This document shows, in pieces, positions 1 to 9,053 of a stretch of DNA of 56,578 nucleotides (positions are counted from its first letter, which is position 1; the number at the start of each line of letters is the position of its first letter). The notes under the pieces are model-generated. The model searched no databases. It was given only the letters and a program-made list of their open reading frames with translations, and was not told the DNA's origin. The DNA comes from a bacterium. Its GTDB lineage: Bacteria > Hinthialibacterota > Hinthialibacteria > Hinthialibacterales > Hinthialibacteraceae. A program made the position numbers and the translations under genes. The stretch spans positions 1 through 56,578 of the forward strand of contig CAXXSM010000111.1 in the NCBI GenBank assembly GCA_963663405.2. Direction: 5' to 3'.

Positions 1-1
1 G

Positions 2-1738
2 TTTCGTTCTGGGCGAACGCAGATCCAAATTCCACACAATCCATCGGTCTCATTATCTCTTGTAGCGCAAGCGGATGGATATCAATCCGCGACGCAGACT
101 GTAATCCCGCAAGAAACGTCTTCAATTGATTTTATGCTGGATTACTTATGTACATTTGAGGTTCAAGTATATAAAAAAGAAGCGGCGCGGGGACTCAGTA
201 AATCAAGAACCGCGCCCCAACCCGGCGCCGAAGTGACATTGTATCGAAAGGAATTATGCGCAAGACCTATTCGTACTATACAAACCGCCTGTATCGAACG
301 TACATTACAAGACAGCAATCCCGCGCCGCATGTAATCCAGTATGAGAATGGCGAATTGCGGGTGCGGGATACGAACAATAAAAGCCGTTCTATTCTTTTT
401 GCTGATCCACCATCACTTTCCTATTTACCTGATATCTATGTTGTACAACCCAAAGACAAGATTGAATCGATCTGTTTATGCAATAAAGCCCATGATTTAA
501 TGAAAAGACAGTTAAATCCAATTCATGATAAAATATATGGAAAGTTATATGATTACACTCTGCCGTTACAGACCGATAATTCGATCAATGCCCGTATGAT
601 GGATACATTGCATAGCAGCATGAAAGAAGACGCGGATCAAAGCGATCGAGTGGAAATTTTGTTTTCAAGAAACGGCCGGCGGTATTGTTCGAAATGTTTG
701 CATTTGCCTTCTTTTCAAGGAACGGAGGTTGTTGTCAGTCAATCCATAACGAATTCCGCTGGTATGTGCCGTTTCGAGAATGTACCTCCAGGATTGTATT
801 ATGCGCAGGCGCGGTACAACGGTCAAAACAGTGCGATCCGCCCTTTACTTCCCGTTTCGGGAGGAGCCAAACTCTATCTGGATGATCATTGTCAACTTAC
901 AATAGTTTCAAAGAGGAAAGGGATTCCATCGGAGTATTATCTGGAGTTGGAAAATGTTCCGAAGGTGGATATCACACTAAAGAATAACGATCCACAATCG
1001 ATCGATTTAATCGCTGGGAAAACGGACAAATACGCAACCGTTAAAATGGATTCCGTTCCCTTTGGTGAATATACATTGACAGCGGTTCCTCCAGAAAAAG
1101 AAAACCTTAATCCAATAAAAAAAGTAATATCGATTAACGCTCCCGGACAAAATCTATATTTATATTTTGACGGGTGGTCACAGCACACAATTGATGGCAC
1201 AGTTGTATTTCATGATTCATTGGCGCCTATCAAGGATGTTCAAATTGAATTGTTTGAAAAAAGACGGGGGGATTTTGATCCCAGCGCGCAAACGGTGACG
1301 GATGAGAATGGATACTTTGCTTTCCACAATCTTCCAAAAGGATTGTATCAAATAACATACATTCCCAGTCCAGAAGAAGAACATAAAATTTACCCGCTGG
1401 ATAGTCAAAAAAGGTGGCCATTGGATCACGCTCCCTTTTATATTCCCATGGGTGATTATGGGAAAAAACGGGTTTTTGTTGAGGATAAGCCTGTCTATAC
1501 CGTTCAATTGAAGATGATTGGCACGGTAGCGACTAATTTTTCTGGCAGTGTGAAAGATTCTGAACAACATCCCATACCGGAGGCGGAGATTAATCTTTAC
1601 CGTTATACGGAAGATCAAAGCATAATTCCTGAAATCTATTTCCCTCATGGAAACGTGTTGACGGATGCGAAAGGGAAATTTAATTTTACAATATGGACAC
1701 GGGATCTTCCGGAATGGAGAAATTATTCATACAGATGA
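2..1738 (+). CDS. Carboxypeptidase-regulatory-like (prealbumin-like fold) repeat protein, 5' part; runs off the left edge
   Basis: The frame of ORF 134 is open back to base 2 (FRSGRTQIQ...SIDFMLDY). Repeated GxV...PI.xxxIEL...TDxxGxFxF motifs (TDENGYFAF, TDAKGKFNF). Ends at TGA 1736-1738, in frame with the next ORF. Confidence 0.7.
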   Translation, partial: FRSGRTQIQIPHNPSVSLSLVAQADGYQSATQTVIPQETSSIDFMLDYLCTFEVQVYKKEAARGLSKSRTAPQPGAEVTLYRKELCARPIRTIQTACIERTLQDSNPAPHVIQYENGELRVRDTNNKSRSILFADPPSLSYLPDIYVVQPKDKIESICLCNKAHDLMKRQLNPIHDKIYGKLYDYTLPLQTDNSINARMMDTLHSSMKEDADQSDRVEILFSRNGRRYCSKCLHLPSFQGTEVVVSQSITNSAGMCRFENVPPGLYYAQARYNGQNSAIRPLLPVSGGAKLYLDDHCQLTIVSKRKGIPSEYYLELENVPKVDITLKNNDPQSIDLIAGKTDKYATVKMDSVPFGEYTLTAVPPEKENLNPIKKVISINAPGQNLYLYFDGWSQHTIDGTVVFHDSLAPIKDVQIELFEKRRGDFDPSAQTVTDENGYFAFHNLPKGLYQITYIPSPEEEHKIYPLDSQKRWPLDHAPFYIPMGDYGKKRVFVEDKPVYTVQLKMIGTVATNFSGSVKDSEQHPIPEAEINLYRYTEDQSIIPEIYFPHGNVLTDAKGKFNFTIWTRDLPEWRNYSYR

Positions 1739-1756
1739 AAAATAACCGCGAAAACA

Positions 1757-2503
1757 ATGTATGATATGCCCCCGCAAGCCATTCAAGAAAACCGGATTAC
1801 TCCTGATCGGTTTTTTGTAATCAACCCGGAAAATTGCCCAACAAAAAACAGTGGTGAATTGGATATTGAATTCAGATTGGGAAGCGATGTAAAGAATATT
1901 AATATTGTAGCGGATAGCGGAAATTTTATAACGCTCAGTGGCTTTCTTCGTTCAAAAGACGATCGAATCCCAGAGGATGCGAAGGTATCCGTTCATTACC
2001 ACTATGCGAATGTGGGAATTAACGGGACGTATCAACAAGACGGTACGTTTTCGATCGAAGGCGTGGAAAACAAACCATTCACTCTCGCGATCCAGTTTGC
2101 CTACAGTGTTGATGAAAATGGACGTCCGATCGAATATATGGATGAATGGATTGGATTTAGTCCCTCTCAAGTCGGCGAACTGTTTCAAAATGAAAAGAAC
2201 GGTGAACGGACTCAATTGGAGATTGAACTCGATGAGTGTGGGTATTTAGAAGGGATTGTCTACGATTCCAATCAAAATCCAGTTCCGTTCGTATGGGTAC
2301 GAACAGACGCCGATCTCACGAAATCGAAAATGGATTCTACAGACCAAGACGGGAAATTCCGAATCTCGCAATTGGATAAAGAAAAACACTATTCGCTCTA
2401 CATCGTTCCGATAGAAGATGGCGCTATACCAGTATTATCAATTACGGATCTGTTACCCAACCAAGATAACGTGATTCTAAAATACGATCCATTGAAAGAA
2501 TAA
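1757..2503 (+). CDS. Carboxypeptidase-regulatory-like domain protein, probable 3' continuation of the previous CDS
   Basis: Same frame as 134..1738, separated by one TGA and six sense codons (KITAKT). Contains GIVYDSNQNPVP...TDQDGKFRI. Confidence 0.65.
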   Translation: MYDMPPQAIQENRITPDRFFVINPENCPTKNSGELDIEFRLGSDVKNINIVADSGNFITLSGFLRSKDDRIPEDAKVSVHYHYANVGINGTYQQDGTFSIEGVENKPFTLAIQFAYSVDENGRPIEYMDEWIGFSPSQVGELFQNEKNGERTQLEIELDECGYLEGIVYDSNQNPVPFVWVRTDADLTKSKMDSTDQDGKFRISQLDKEKHYSLYIVPIEDGAIPVLSITDLLPNQDNVILKYDPLKE

Positions 2504-2633
2504 ATGGCAGGATTATTTGGTTCAAATTGTAGAAGCGTTAGCCACTATTGCCTTGCTCTGCACTACCCCCAAATTTCATTTTGCCATATAATCTATTCTT
2601 ATCGAAAGTATCTTAATTACTGGAGAATGGATT

Positions 2634-3233
2634 ATGAAATGGAATGGACGTGGCTTTACTTTGATTGAACTGCTGATCGTTGTCGCCATTATTGGAATTC
2701 TAGCGGCGATCGCAGTGCCAAACTTTCTTAATGCGCAGATTCGGGCGAAACTTGCGCAGTGTTATGGAAATCTCTCCTCGCTGCGGACCGCGATTGGGTC
2801 GTATGAAGTGGACTGGAACTGGCCTCCGATGGATATGGGAGGGGAGACTGAATATGGTGAAAGTTATAGACCATTGACGACTCCTGTCTCTTACGTTTCC
2901 AGTTACGGCATCGTAAAAGAAATTTTTCCGCCCAAAGATAGTTTACGTAATTATTATGAATACGGCGCCTCGCTTCGCTATGGAAGCGAACCGGATACAT
3001 CCGCCGGCCAGTCACGAGTGGCGCATTATCGAGCGGCTGGTGTTTCGTTCGTCTGCGTTTCCGGCGGTCCCGATGCGGATACGGATTGGCCCTGGACAGA
3101 TTGGGCGATTGGTCTAGAAGCTTTAAATACACCGAGTTTGGCCGGTGGGGACGGTGGCGCATTTTTCAATACCAGCAATGGCTTAAACTCTAGCGGAGAT
3201 ATCATCGGCACAAGCGCGAAAGTCTATCAATAA
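2634..3233 (+). CDS. Prepilin-type N-terminal cleavage/methylation (GspG/type IV pilin-like) protein
   Basis: G|FTLIELLIVVAIIGILAAIAVP class III signal; NAQIRAK, LTTPVSY, SGGPD and SNGLNSSGDI motifs; GGAG RBS. Confidence 0.9.
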   Translation: MKWNGRGFTLIELLIVVAIIGILAAIAVPNFLNAQIRAKLAQCYGNLSSLRTAIGSYEVDWNWPPMDMGGETEYGESYRPLTTPVSYVSSYGIVKEIFPPKDSLRNYYEYGASLRYGSEPDTSAGQSRVAHYRAAGVSFVCVSGGPDADTDWPWTDWAIGLEALNTPSLAGGDGGAFFNTSNGLNSSGDIIGTSAKVYQ

Positions 3234-3368
3234 GAACCCACCTTTATTCAATTTATTTTTATAAACCTATTGCGCGATTCATTATTTTATCTGCATTGTA
3301 GTTTTTGTTTCATTTACTATTTATTTAATAGTAAGCGTTATACAAATCTTTTTTAAAAGGAGATACAC

Positions 3369-4797
3369 ATGAAACGCTATTACTTTGTAATCCCATGGTT
3401 ATGTGTCCTGAGCGCTCCATTCGCCTTGGCGTTGGATATCACGCCGGTGTGGGAACATACGCTGATCGACGGTGGCGATGTTCTTCCGATTCTCGTCAAT
3501 GGTCCGGAAGATCCACGCTGGGATGGGGATCCTGAAGACGCCCCGTGGTATGGAATCAATCTTCACGATCAATACGATGGTTTTATTCGTTATGATGAGA
3601 ATCGTCTGATGCTGGGGATCCGGGACAATGGCATCGATGAAACCGATCCCGATCATGACGCTGCATTGGCCGCTCAGTATCCAGACCGTTCGATTCTCTG
3701 GATCGATCCCAATGACGGCTCTCCCCTTGGCGTCGCGATCCATGTCGGCTTCAAACCTGTTGAATTATCGGAGGAATACGAATCCATGATCGATGGCGGC
3801 TCCGGCGATCCCGCCATCGAAGGATGGGGCGATCCAAAAAACCGCCGCTTCGTTTCCGGCGAACAAAGCGCCCCGGAATACATGAATTTTGATGTCTCCG
3901 ATGATGGTGTAATCTACTTGGGCTACTGGTACATGATCCTCCGGTGGGATCCGGATGGCGCTGGTGGATTTACTGGCCCAACAATCGCGTACGAACACGA
4001 TTATCGTAACCACGGAGGAAACTGACAGACTCTCTCAATGGCGTTTCGGCGATATCGAGGTCCAGGGATCCGGCGCAAACACAGTCGTCATTACATCCGG
4101 GAAAACTTGGCGGAATGGAATGCGGATCCGTGTGTTTGACGTGGACGCCACGACCAATACATGGACAATCCGTGGAGATTATGGCGAAACGAAAAACGGT
4201 TGCTTCGGAGGAACTGGCGGTGTGAGTGTCCCTGTTACCGATAGTTTTGGTGACGAGATGATTTATATGGGAAGCAATGTGTCTGGTCATGGGATGAGCC
4301 GTTACGTTTGGACCGGCGATACTTATGAAGAAGATGCCGAAGAACTCTTCAATCCCGCTGCTCCCGAAGGCTCTGACGGATGGAATCACGCCATCCCAAC
4401 CAAATGGGCCAGTGACATCGCCACGCATCAGGACTTGGATTACATTCTTGCCGCTTCATCCCCCAGCTGGAATGGACAATCAAACGCCAATGAAATCGAC
4501 AAACCCGGCTTTATCACGGCGTATTCCATTGTTGGCGAAGAGCCAGTCGGCGAGTTTCTCGGCGATGTCATCTTTGGAAGCACAAAAGAAAGACCTCCCG
4601 TCGAGTCCGATGAGCCTTCCGCCGCATCCAGCGCCGCCGCGACTTGGAACGCGATTATGAGCCAGATCAAACTCTATCGCGCGTCTGATTATGAAGATGG
4701 CGCGTGCGAAATCCTTTACCTAAATCAAGTCTATGGCTACGGCCGTTATGTCATTGGCAATATTGACACTTCCATCGACCAATGGCCGCTCTATTAA
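3369..4797 (+). CDS. Secreted acidic protein with C-terminal W-x-L-Y motif; one frameshift near 3995-4010
   Basis: Signal peptide MKRYYFVIPWLCVLSAPFALA; AGGAG RBS. ORFs 3369..4025 and 3955..4797 overlap in different frames with the same D/G/W-rich composition. Ends TSIDQWPLY. Confidence 0.7.
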
Positions 4798-4826
4798 TCG
4801 AATAGAATTTTTCGTTAAATGACTTT

Positions 4827-4854
4827 ATGGGGCGTTTCCGGACGCCCCATTTTT
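4827..4854 (+). terminator. Rho-independent terminator
   Basis: ATGGGGCGT-ttccgg-ACGCCCCAT stem followed by TTTT, 30 nt after stop 4797. Confidence 0.75.
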
Positions 4855-4903
4855 CCTCCTCCCACTCGAATCCGACTCAACCTTACCCCCTCATTTTTCG
4901 TCA

Positions 4904-4960
4904 TTAATGAAGTGGGCTTTTCGCCCGTGATTGATGGAGCGCAGGCGTCCCGCCCGTGAA
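4904..4960. repeat. REP-like palindromic repeat family A (degenerate + intact tandem copies)
   Basis: TTGATGGAGCGCAGGCGTCCCGCCCGTGA (4931-4959) is preceded by the degenerate TTAATGAAGTGGGCTTTTCGCCCGTGA; an inverted copy lies at 8889-8919. Confidence 0.7.
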
Positions 4961-5000
4961 AAGAAGAGTCAATGAATAAGGAATTCCAAAATGATAATAC

Positions 5001-5046
5001 ACATCCTTAAAATCCTTTCATCTTGGATATCCGGATTCAGACAAAA
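5001..5046 (-). repeat. Dispersed ~46 bp repeat family B
   Basis: Reverse complement TTTTGTCTGAATCCGGATATCCAAGATGAAAGGATTTTAAGGATGT aligns without gaps to 20195-20240. Confidence 0.75.
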
Positions 5047-5161
5047 TAGTGAATGATCGTCGAATTCACGTCATATCAGTTTATAATATGTTTTGTTTAT
5101 GAGATCACTGGGAAAATTATTAATTCACCCATAATCAGAATAAAACAAAAAGGACAAACCA

Positions 5162-6001
5162 ATGCTTCTATGGTTGCTCATTGCGATTGGTATAGCAGGA
5201 TCGTTGATCGCGAACTTTACCATTATCGGCTTTGTTGGAGCCTATGGGGGCCAGGTGGAGTTATATCCCCCCTGGGTGGTTGAACTCCATCTCAACTTTT
5301 ACTGGTTCTCGTATCTGTTCATGGCGTTTAACCGCAAATTCTTCCATGTTACGACGCAGAAGGACTATTCGTTTTTAAAACCTGTCTTCCAATATTCGTA
5401 TAGCCTGAATCTGATCGCGTCCTTTATGCTCCGTTTCGCGTTTAATCAAAGTATTCTGGTTTCCTATATTGCTACCTTTGTCGTTCTGATGTGGATTCCA
5501 ATTCTTCTGACAATTCTATACCGGCCCTATTGGGAGAAGCGGCAGGAATCCGCGCGGATCGATGAGAAACAGCTGAAATCCATCGCTCTTCAACACGAAA
5601 TGGCCTATCGATTTACGGAACTCTATCCAGACTATAAATGCTTTGTGATCGATTACGCCGTGAAAAACGAAGTGGCGACGTGTCTTTTTTTACACCGGCG
5701 CAACCGGGATGATTTACCCGGACTCCAAGAAGATGTCATTCTGGAAATCCCCATTGATATAAAAAAGAAAATTCCTCTGAAGGGCCGGGAACAGATCCAA
5801 CGTTACATCTTCCGTCAAGGAGAAGGCGCCAGCGCCGTGATGCCCTTGCCGATGGAAGATCCTTTCAATACAGAGGAGATTGTTAAGCCCCTCGATCAAT
5901 ATATCCTCGATCAGTTCGATACTATTTTCAACCGTTTTCCCTCTCTGGAAATCACCCCACTTCCTATCGCGTCGCGTAACACTCTCTATCAAGAAGTCTA
6001 A
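5162..6001 (+). CDS. Hypothetical membrane protein (about 4 N-terminal TM helices + soluble C-terminal domain)
   Basis: 279 aa ORF, hydrophobic first ~120 aa, AAGGA RBS. Confidence 0.75.
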   Translation: MLLWLLIAIGIAGSLIANFTIIGFVGAYGGQVELYPPWVVELHLNFYWFSYLFMAFNRKFFHVTTQKDYSFLKPVFQYSYSLNLIASFMLRFAFNQSILVSYIATFVVLMWIPILLTILYRPYWEKRQESARIDEKQLKSIALQHEMAYRFTELYPDYKCFVIDYAVKNEVATCLFLHRRNRDDLPGLQEDVILEIPIDIKKKIPLKGREQIQRYIFRQGEGASAVMPLPMEDPFNTEEIVKPLDQYILDQFDTIFNRFPSLEITPLPIASRNTLYQEV

Positions 6002-6080
6002 CCAGATACGTGATGGAGTATTTCATCCTTCGTTTTTGCGAAGTACAATAGAGTCAACATCTTTGAGGAAAGGTAGAAAA

Positions 6081-6686
6081 GTGAGAGAAAAATCTTTTAC
6101 GTTAATCGAATTATTGATTGTCGTCGCGATTATCGGGATTCTCGCAGCGATCGCGGTTCCAAATTTCATGAACGCGCAGATTCGGGCGAAGATTGCGCGT
6201 GTGGCGGGAGATATGCGTAACATCGGTGTCGCCTTCGGCGCGTATTCCGTCGATCACAACGATTACCCACTGGGTATCATCACATTTCTCAGTCCACGGG
6301 AGAGGGATAGCTGGGGATTTTTACCCGAATGTCTGACAACCCCTGTCGCGTATTTAACAAGCCTGCCCGTCGACGAATTCAATCTGGATTACAAAATATA
6401 CGGTAATTCTGAAGGAACCGGCCCCTCTAGCAAAAGCGATCCACACGCGCGATATCGAACCGCCCGCCGCAAACCGTTTGGCGGCTCCAACGAAGGATGG
6501 ACAGCCAGCTGGAAAGCCATGCTGGCTGACACCGGCATCGACGGTGAGTATATTCTCACCAGTCCCGGTCCGGATAAAGTCGAGGATATACTCCCCGCCT
6601 ACAACCCACATCCTTACGCGACAAGCAACGGGCTGCTTAGTTCTGGAGATGTTGTATACTGTCCGGGCGGTCTGGCGGGAATATAA
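6081..6686 (+). CDS. Prepilin-type (GspG/type IV pilin-like) protein
   Basis: GTG start after GAGGAAAGG; S|FTLIELLIVVAIIGILAAIAVP; NAQIRAK, LTTPVAY, SPGPD, SNGLLSSGDV. Confidence 0.9.
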   Translation: MREKSFTLIELLIVVAIIGILAAIAVPNFMNAQIRAKIARVAGDMRNIGVAFGAYSVDHNDYPLGIITFLSPRERDSWGFLPECLTTPVAYLTSLPVDEFNLDYKIYGNSEGTGPSSKSDPHARYRTARRKPFGGSNEGWTASWKAMLADTGIDGEYILTSPGPDKVEDILPAYNPHPYATSNGLLSSGDVVYCPGGLAGI

Positions 6687-6690
6687 AAAT

Positions 6691-6715
6691 CAGTTTTTGG
6701 AAAACTGGTTTTTTT
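6691..6715 (+). terminator. Weak possible terminator
   Basis: CAGTTTT-tgg-AAAACTG followed by GTTTTTTT; AT-rich stem. Confidence 0.35.
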
Positions 6716-6826
6716 ACGTTTCACCATAGTAAATAATGGAGGAAAGGAGGAATGAGTTTAAGAGATCGATTGGTGTTCGAATGAACGCAACGATTAAATT
6801 TCAAAATAATTAAAAGGGAGAAGAAT

Positions 6827-7894
6827 ATGATAATGCGAATGAGTATTCTTTGTATGGTGTCTCTAATCGCGTTCGACGCGTCCGCTCAAACCCTGGTGGA
6901 GGATTTATACACGTCGGATGGTGACCACTCCCCGATCTCTCTGGTTGGCGGGCAGAAATGCGCTCAGCGGTTCACCGCTACGCTGCCGTTTGAAGGTATC
7001 CAAGTCAATGGCCCTACGTGGAGCGTCAGCGGAGAGAAAGGCCTTACGATCCGCCTGTACGAATGGGCGGGCAGTTACAGCGCCACCATCGTGCAAGATC
7101 CGATTACCGTAAGTGTCTTGGTTGACCTGACGGATAACGACTGGTGGCCCTGTTACGCTGGTTCAGAACTGCCTCCCGGTGAATACATGTGGGAAGCGTC
7201 CGAACCGACCAACTCGAATCCAGAAGCGGACAATCCCCACCAGATCGGTTGCTGGTTGGAGAATGGCAGCAAATACACAGGCGGCGAGGCCTATTTCAAC
7301 GGCGAACCGTATGGGGAGGTAGCCGTCGAATGGAAACGGGTTTATTCAGAAGCGCAGAGCGATGATGATTGGTATCCCTTCCCGTTTTCCGGCGCGGATA
7401 ATCCAACGCTCGCCCAGAGTTTCACGTTCCCGAGTGAATCGATTCCTGACGTCGACGCGTTCCAAGCAGTTGGAATCGCCAGTCCCACATGGAATGGCTC
7501 CGGCGCAGGATACCGGATGGTTCTATACAAATGGGATACGGATTACGACACAACCGTCGCTGGCACGCCCATCGCGGAGGAAACCTTTTCCAACATATCC
7601 GACAACGCCCGTAATGAACTGGTCCTCGATTCGCCGTTGGGAGAAGGGAAATACCTTGTTTTCACCGATCAACCTGTTCTCGGAAGCAATAACAGCGTCG
7701 GCCATTGGGGGTGGAACAATTCGCTCTGGTGGGATGATGAAAACGCCGCGTACCAGGATGGTGTGGAAATCGAGACAGGCGCCAGCTTCGATCTATTTCT
7801 CGGCGTGCCCAGTGAAGAAGTCGTAGGGAAAGACTTCGCTTCCCGAACAGTCACAGGCGTCGCTACAGCGGTTAACCACTGGGAATTGTATTAA
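6827..7894 (+). CDS. Secreted protein with two related beta-rich domains and C-terminal W-x-L-Y motif
   Basis: Signal peptide ending ASA. Internal duplication (AQRFT...GPTW...IRLYEW...LTDN versus AQSFT...SPTW...MVLYKW...ISDN). Ends TAVNHWELY. Confidence 0.8.
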   Translation: MIMRMSILCMVSLIAFDASAQTLVEDLYTSDGDHSPISLVGGQKCAQRFTATLPFEGIQVNGPTWSVSGEKGLTIRLYEWAGSYSATIVQDPITVSVLVDLTDNDWWPCYAGSELPPGEYMWEASEPTNSNPEADNPHQIGCWLENGSKYTGGEAYFNGEPYGEVAVEWKRVYSEAQSDDDWYPFPFSGADNPTLAQSFTFPSESIPDVDAFQAVGIASPTWNGSGAGYRMVLYKWDTDYDTTVAGTPIAEETFSNISDNARNELVLDSPLGEGKYLVFTDQPVLGSNNSVGHWGWNNSLWWDDENAAYQDGVEIETGASFDLFLGVPSEEVVGKDFASRTVTGVATAVNHWELY

Positions 7895-7986
7895 ACCAAT
7901 TGTTTAATAAAATGAAAGTATCAGGTCAGGCGCATGAAGTGATAAAATAACGATAATCATAAATCAAAGCATGATGAGAGAACTAT

Positions 7987-8022
7987 GCTCCCCCCAAGCC
8001 TGAGGAGAGTTAGGGGGGGAGC
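7987..8022. repeat. GC-rich palindrome (hairpin or REP-like)
   Basis: GCTCCCCCC...GGGGGGAGC inverted repeat in an intergenic region; no U-tract. Confidence 0.45.
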
Positions 8023-8134
8023 GTCGATGGAACGATCCTCTCGAAAGCCTTCTATATAGGGTTGGGAAGGAATTGTATACTTCATCTGACTTATCGATTA
8101 CACAGATTTCTCAAACCAAAACAAAGGCTTGGTG

Positions 8135-8827
8135 ATGAATTTACAATGTCTTCGCGCTTTAAAAAACAAGCGTCTGATCGAGATTCTCATTGTAATTATC
8201 GTCCTCATCCTTCTCCTTTTCCTATCTGTTCCTACGTTTTTAAAGGCGCAGATCCGTGCGAAACTGGCGTTAGTCAAAACGCAGTTTGAGGAAATCGGGA
8301 AAGCGATGGAAGCGTACCGGGCCGATTCGGAGATCTATCCCGCCGGATTCGCCCCCATCCCCATCGCTTGGATTGGGAAGAACCATTATTGGCAAAAGCA
8401 GTTAACCACGCCCACTCCGTATCTCACTCTTGAAACTATGATTCAACGTGATTTCTATCCGGAAGAGCGCGTTTCGGGAATCAGTGGAAAAGCGTTTCCA
8501 CGCAACGAGTGGAAACCACCGATCACTTACGGAGCCGTTACAAGTACATTTTTTTTGAATCCCTTTACAATCCAGCGTCTCCTGAAGAAAGACGCCGAAC
8601 AATGGTGGATTCTCTTCTCCTGCGGCCCGGACCGGATCGACACAAAAATCGCCAATGGCTGGGGGGGCGGAGGCCGTTTCCTCTACGATCCCTCAAACGG
8701 GCTTCTTTCTGAAGGTGACATCGTTCATGCGGGAGGGATAGAACATGACACTCGTTACGGCGTCCTTTGGGATCCTAATATCCCCGAAGAAGAACGAAAA
8801 CCCGGTCGCGTTCCCTGGTGTCCTTGA
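8135..8827 (+). CDS. Divergent GspG/pilin-like protein lacking a canonical prepilin cleavage site
   Basis: KRLIEILIVIIVL... in place of GFTLIELL, but retains AQIRAK, LTTPTPY, SCGPD and YDPSNGLLSEGDI. Confidence 0.8.
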   Translation: MNLQCLRALKNKRLIEILIVIIVLILLLFLSVPTFLKAQIRAKLALVKTQFEEIGKAMEAYRADSEIYPAGFAPIPIAWIGKNHYWQKQLTTPTPYLTLETMIQRDFYPEERVSGISGKAFPRNEWKPPITYGAVTSTFFLNPFTIQRLLKKDAEQWWILFSCGPDRIDTKIANGWGGGGRFLYDPSNGLLSEGDIVHAGGIEHDTRYGVLWDPNIPEEERKPGRVPWCP

Positions 8828-8888
8828 TCAATACATAATACTTTTCGCTGATCGTGCAATCGATAGAATGATAGGATAGAATATTTAT

Positions 8889-8919
8889 AATCACGGGCGG
8901 GACGCCCGCGCTCCATTAA
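8889..8919 (-). repeat. REP-like repeat family A, inverted copy
   Basis: Reverse complement TTAATGGAGCGCGGGCGTCCCGCCCGTGATT; 2 mismatches to 4931-4959. Confidence 0.7.
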
Positions 8920-9053
8920 ATATACATTGATTCTCATCGAGCCGCTTTTTTCTCTTGCCGGTTTGGCTATCCTGCTATATTGTGTCTAGGGGTTCTTTTT
9001 TTCACAAATCACCCAATCGAATTTACCGGGATAAAAAAGCGTCATGAGAATTC

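Noticed and set aside
1736-1738. Alternative genetic code (TGA as sense) or selenocysteine
   Set aside because: Several genes end at TGA at natural C-termini, TGG is used for Trp, and there is no redox motif context.
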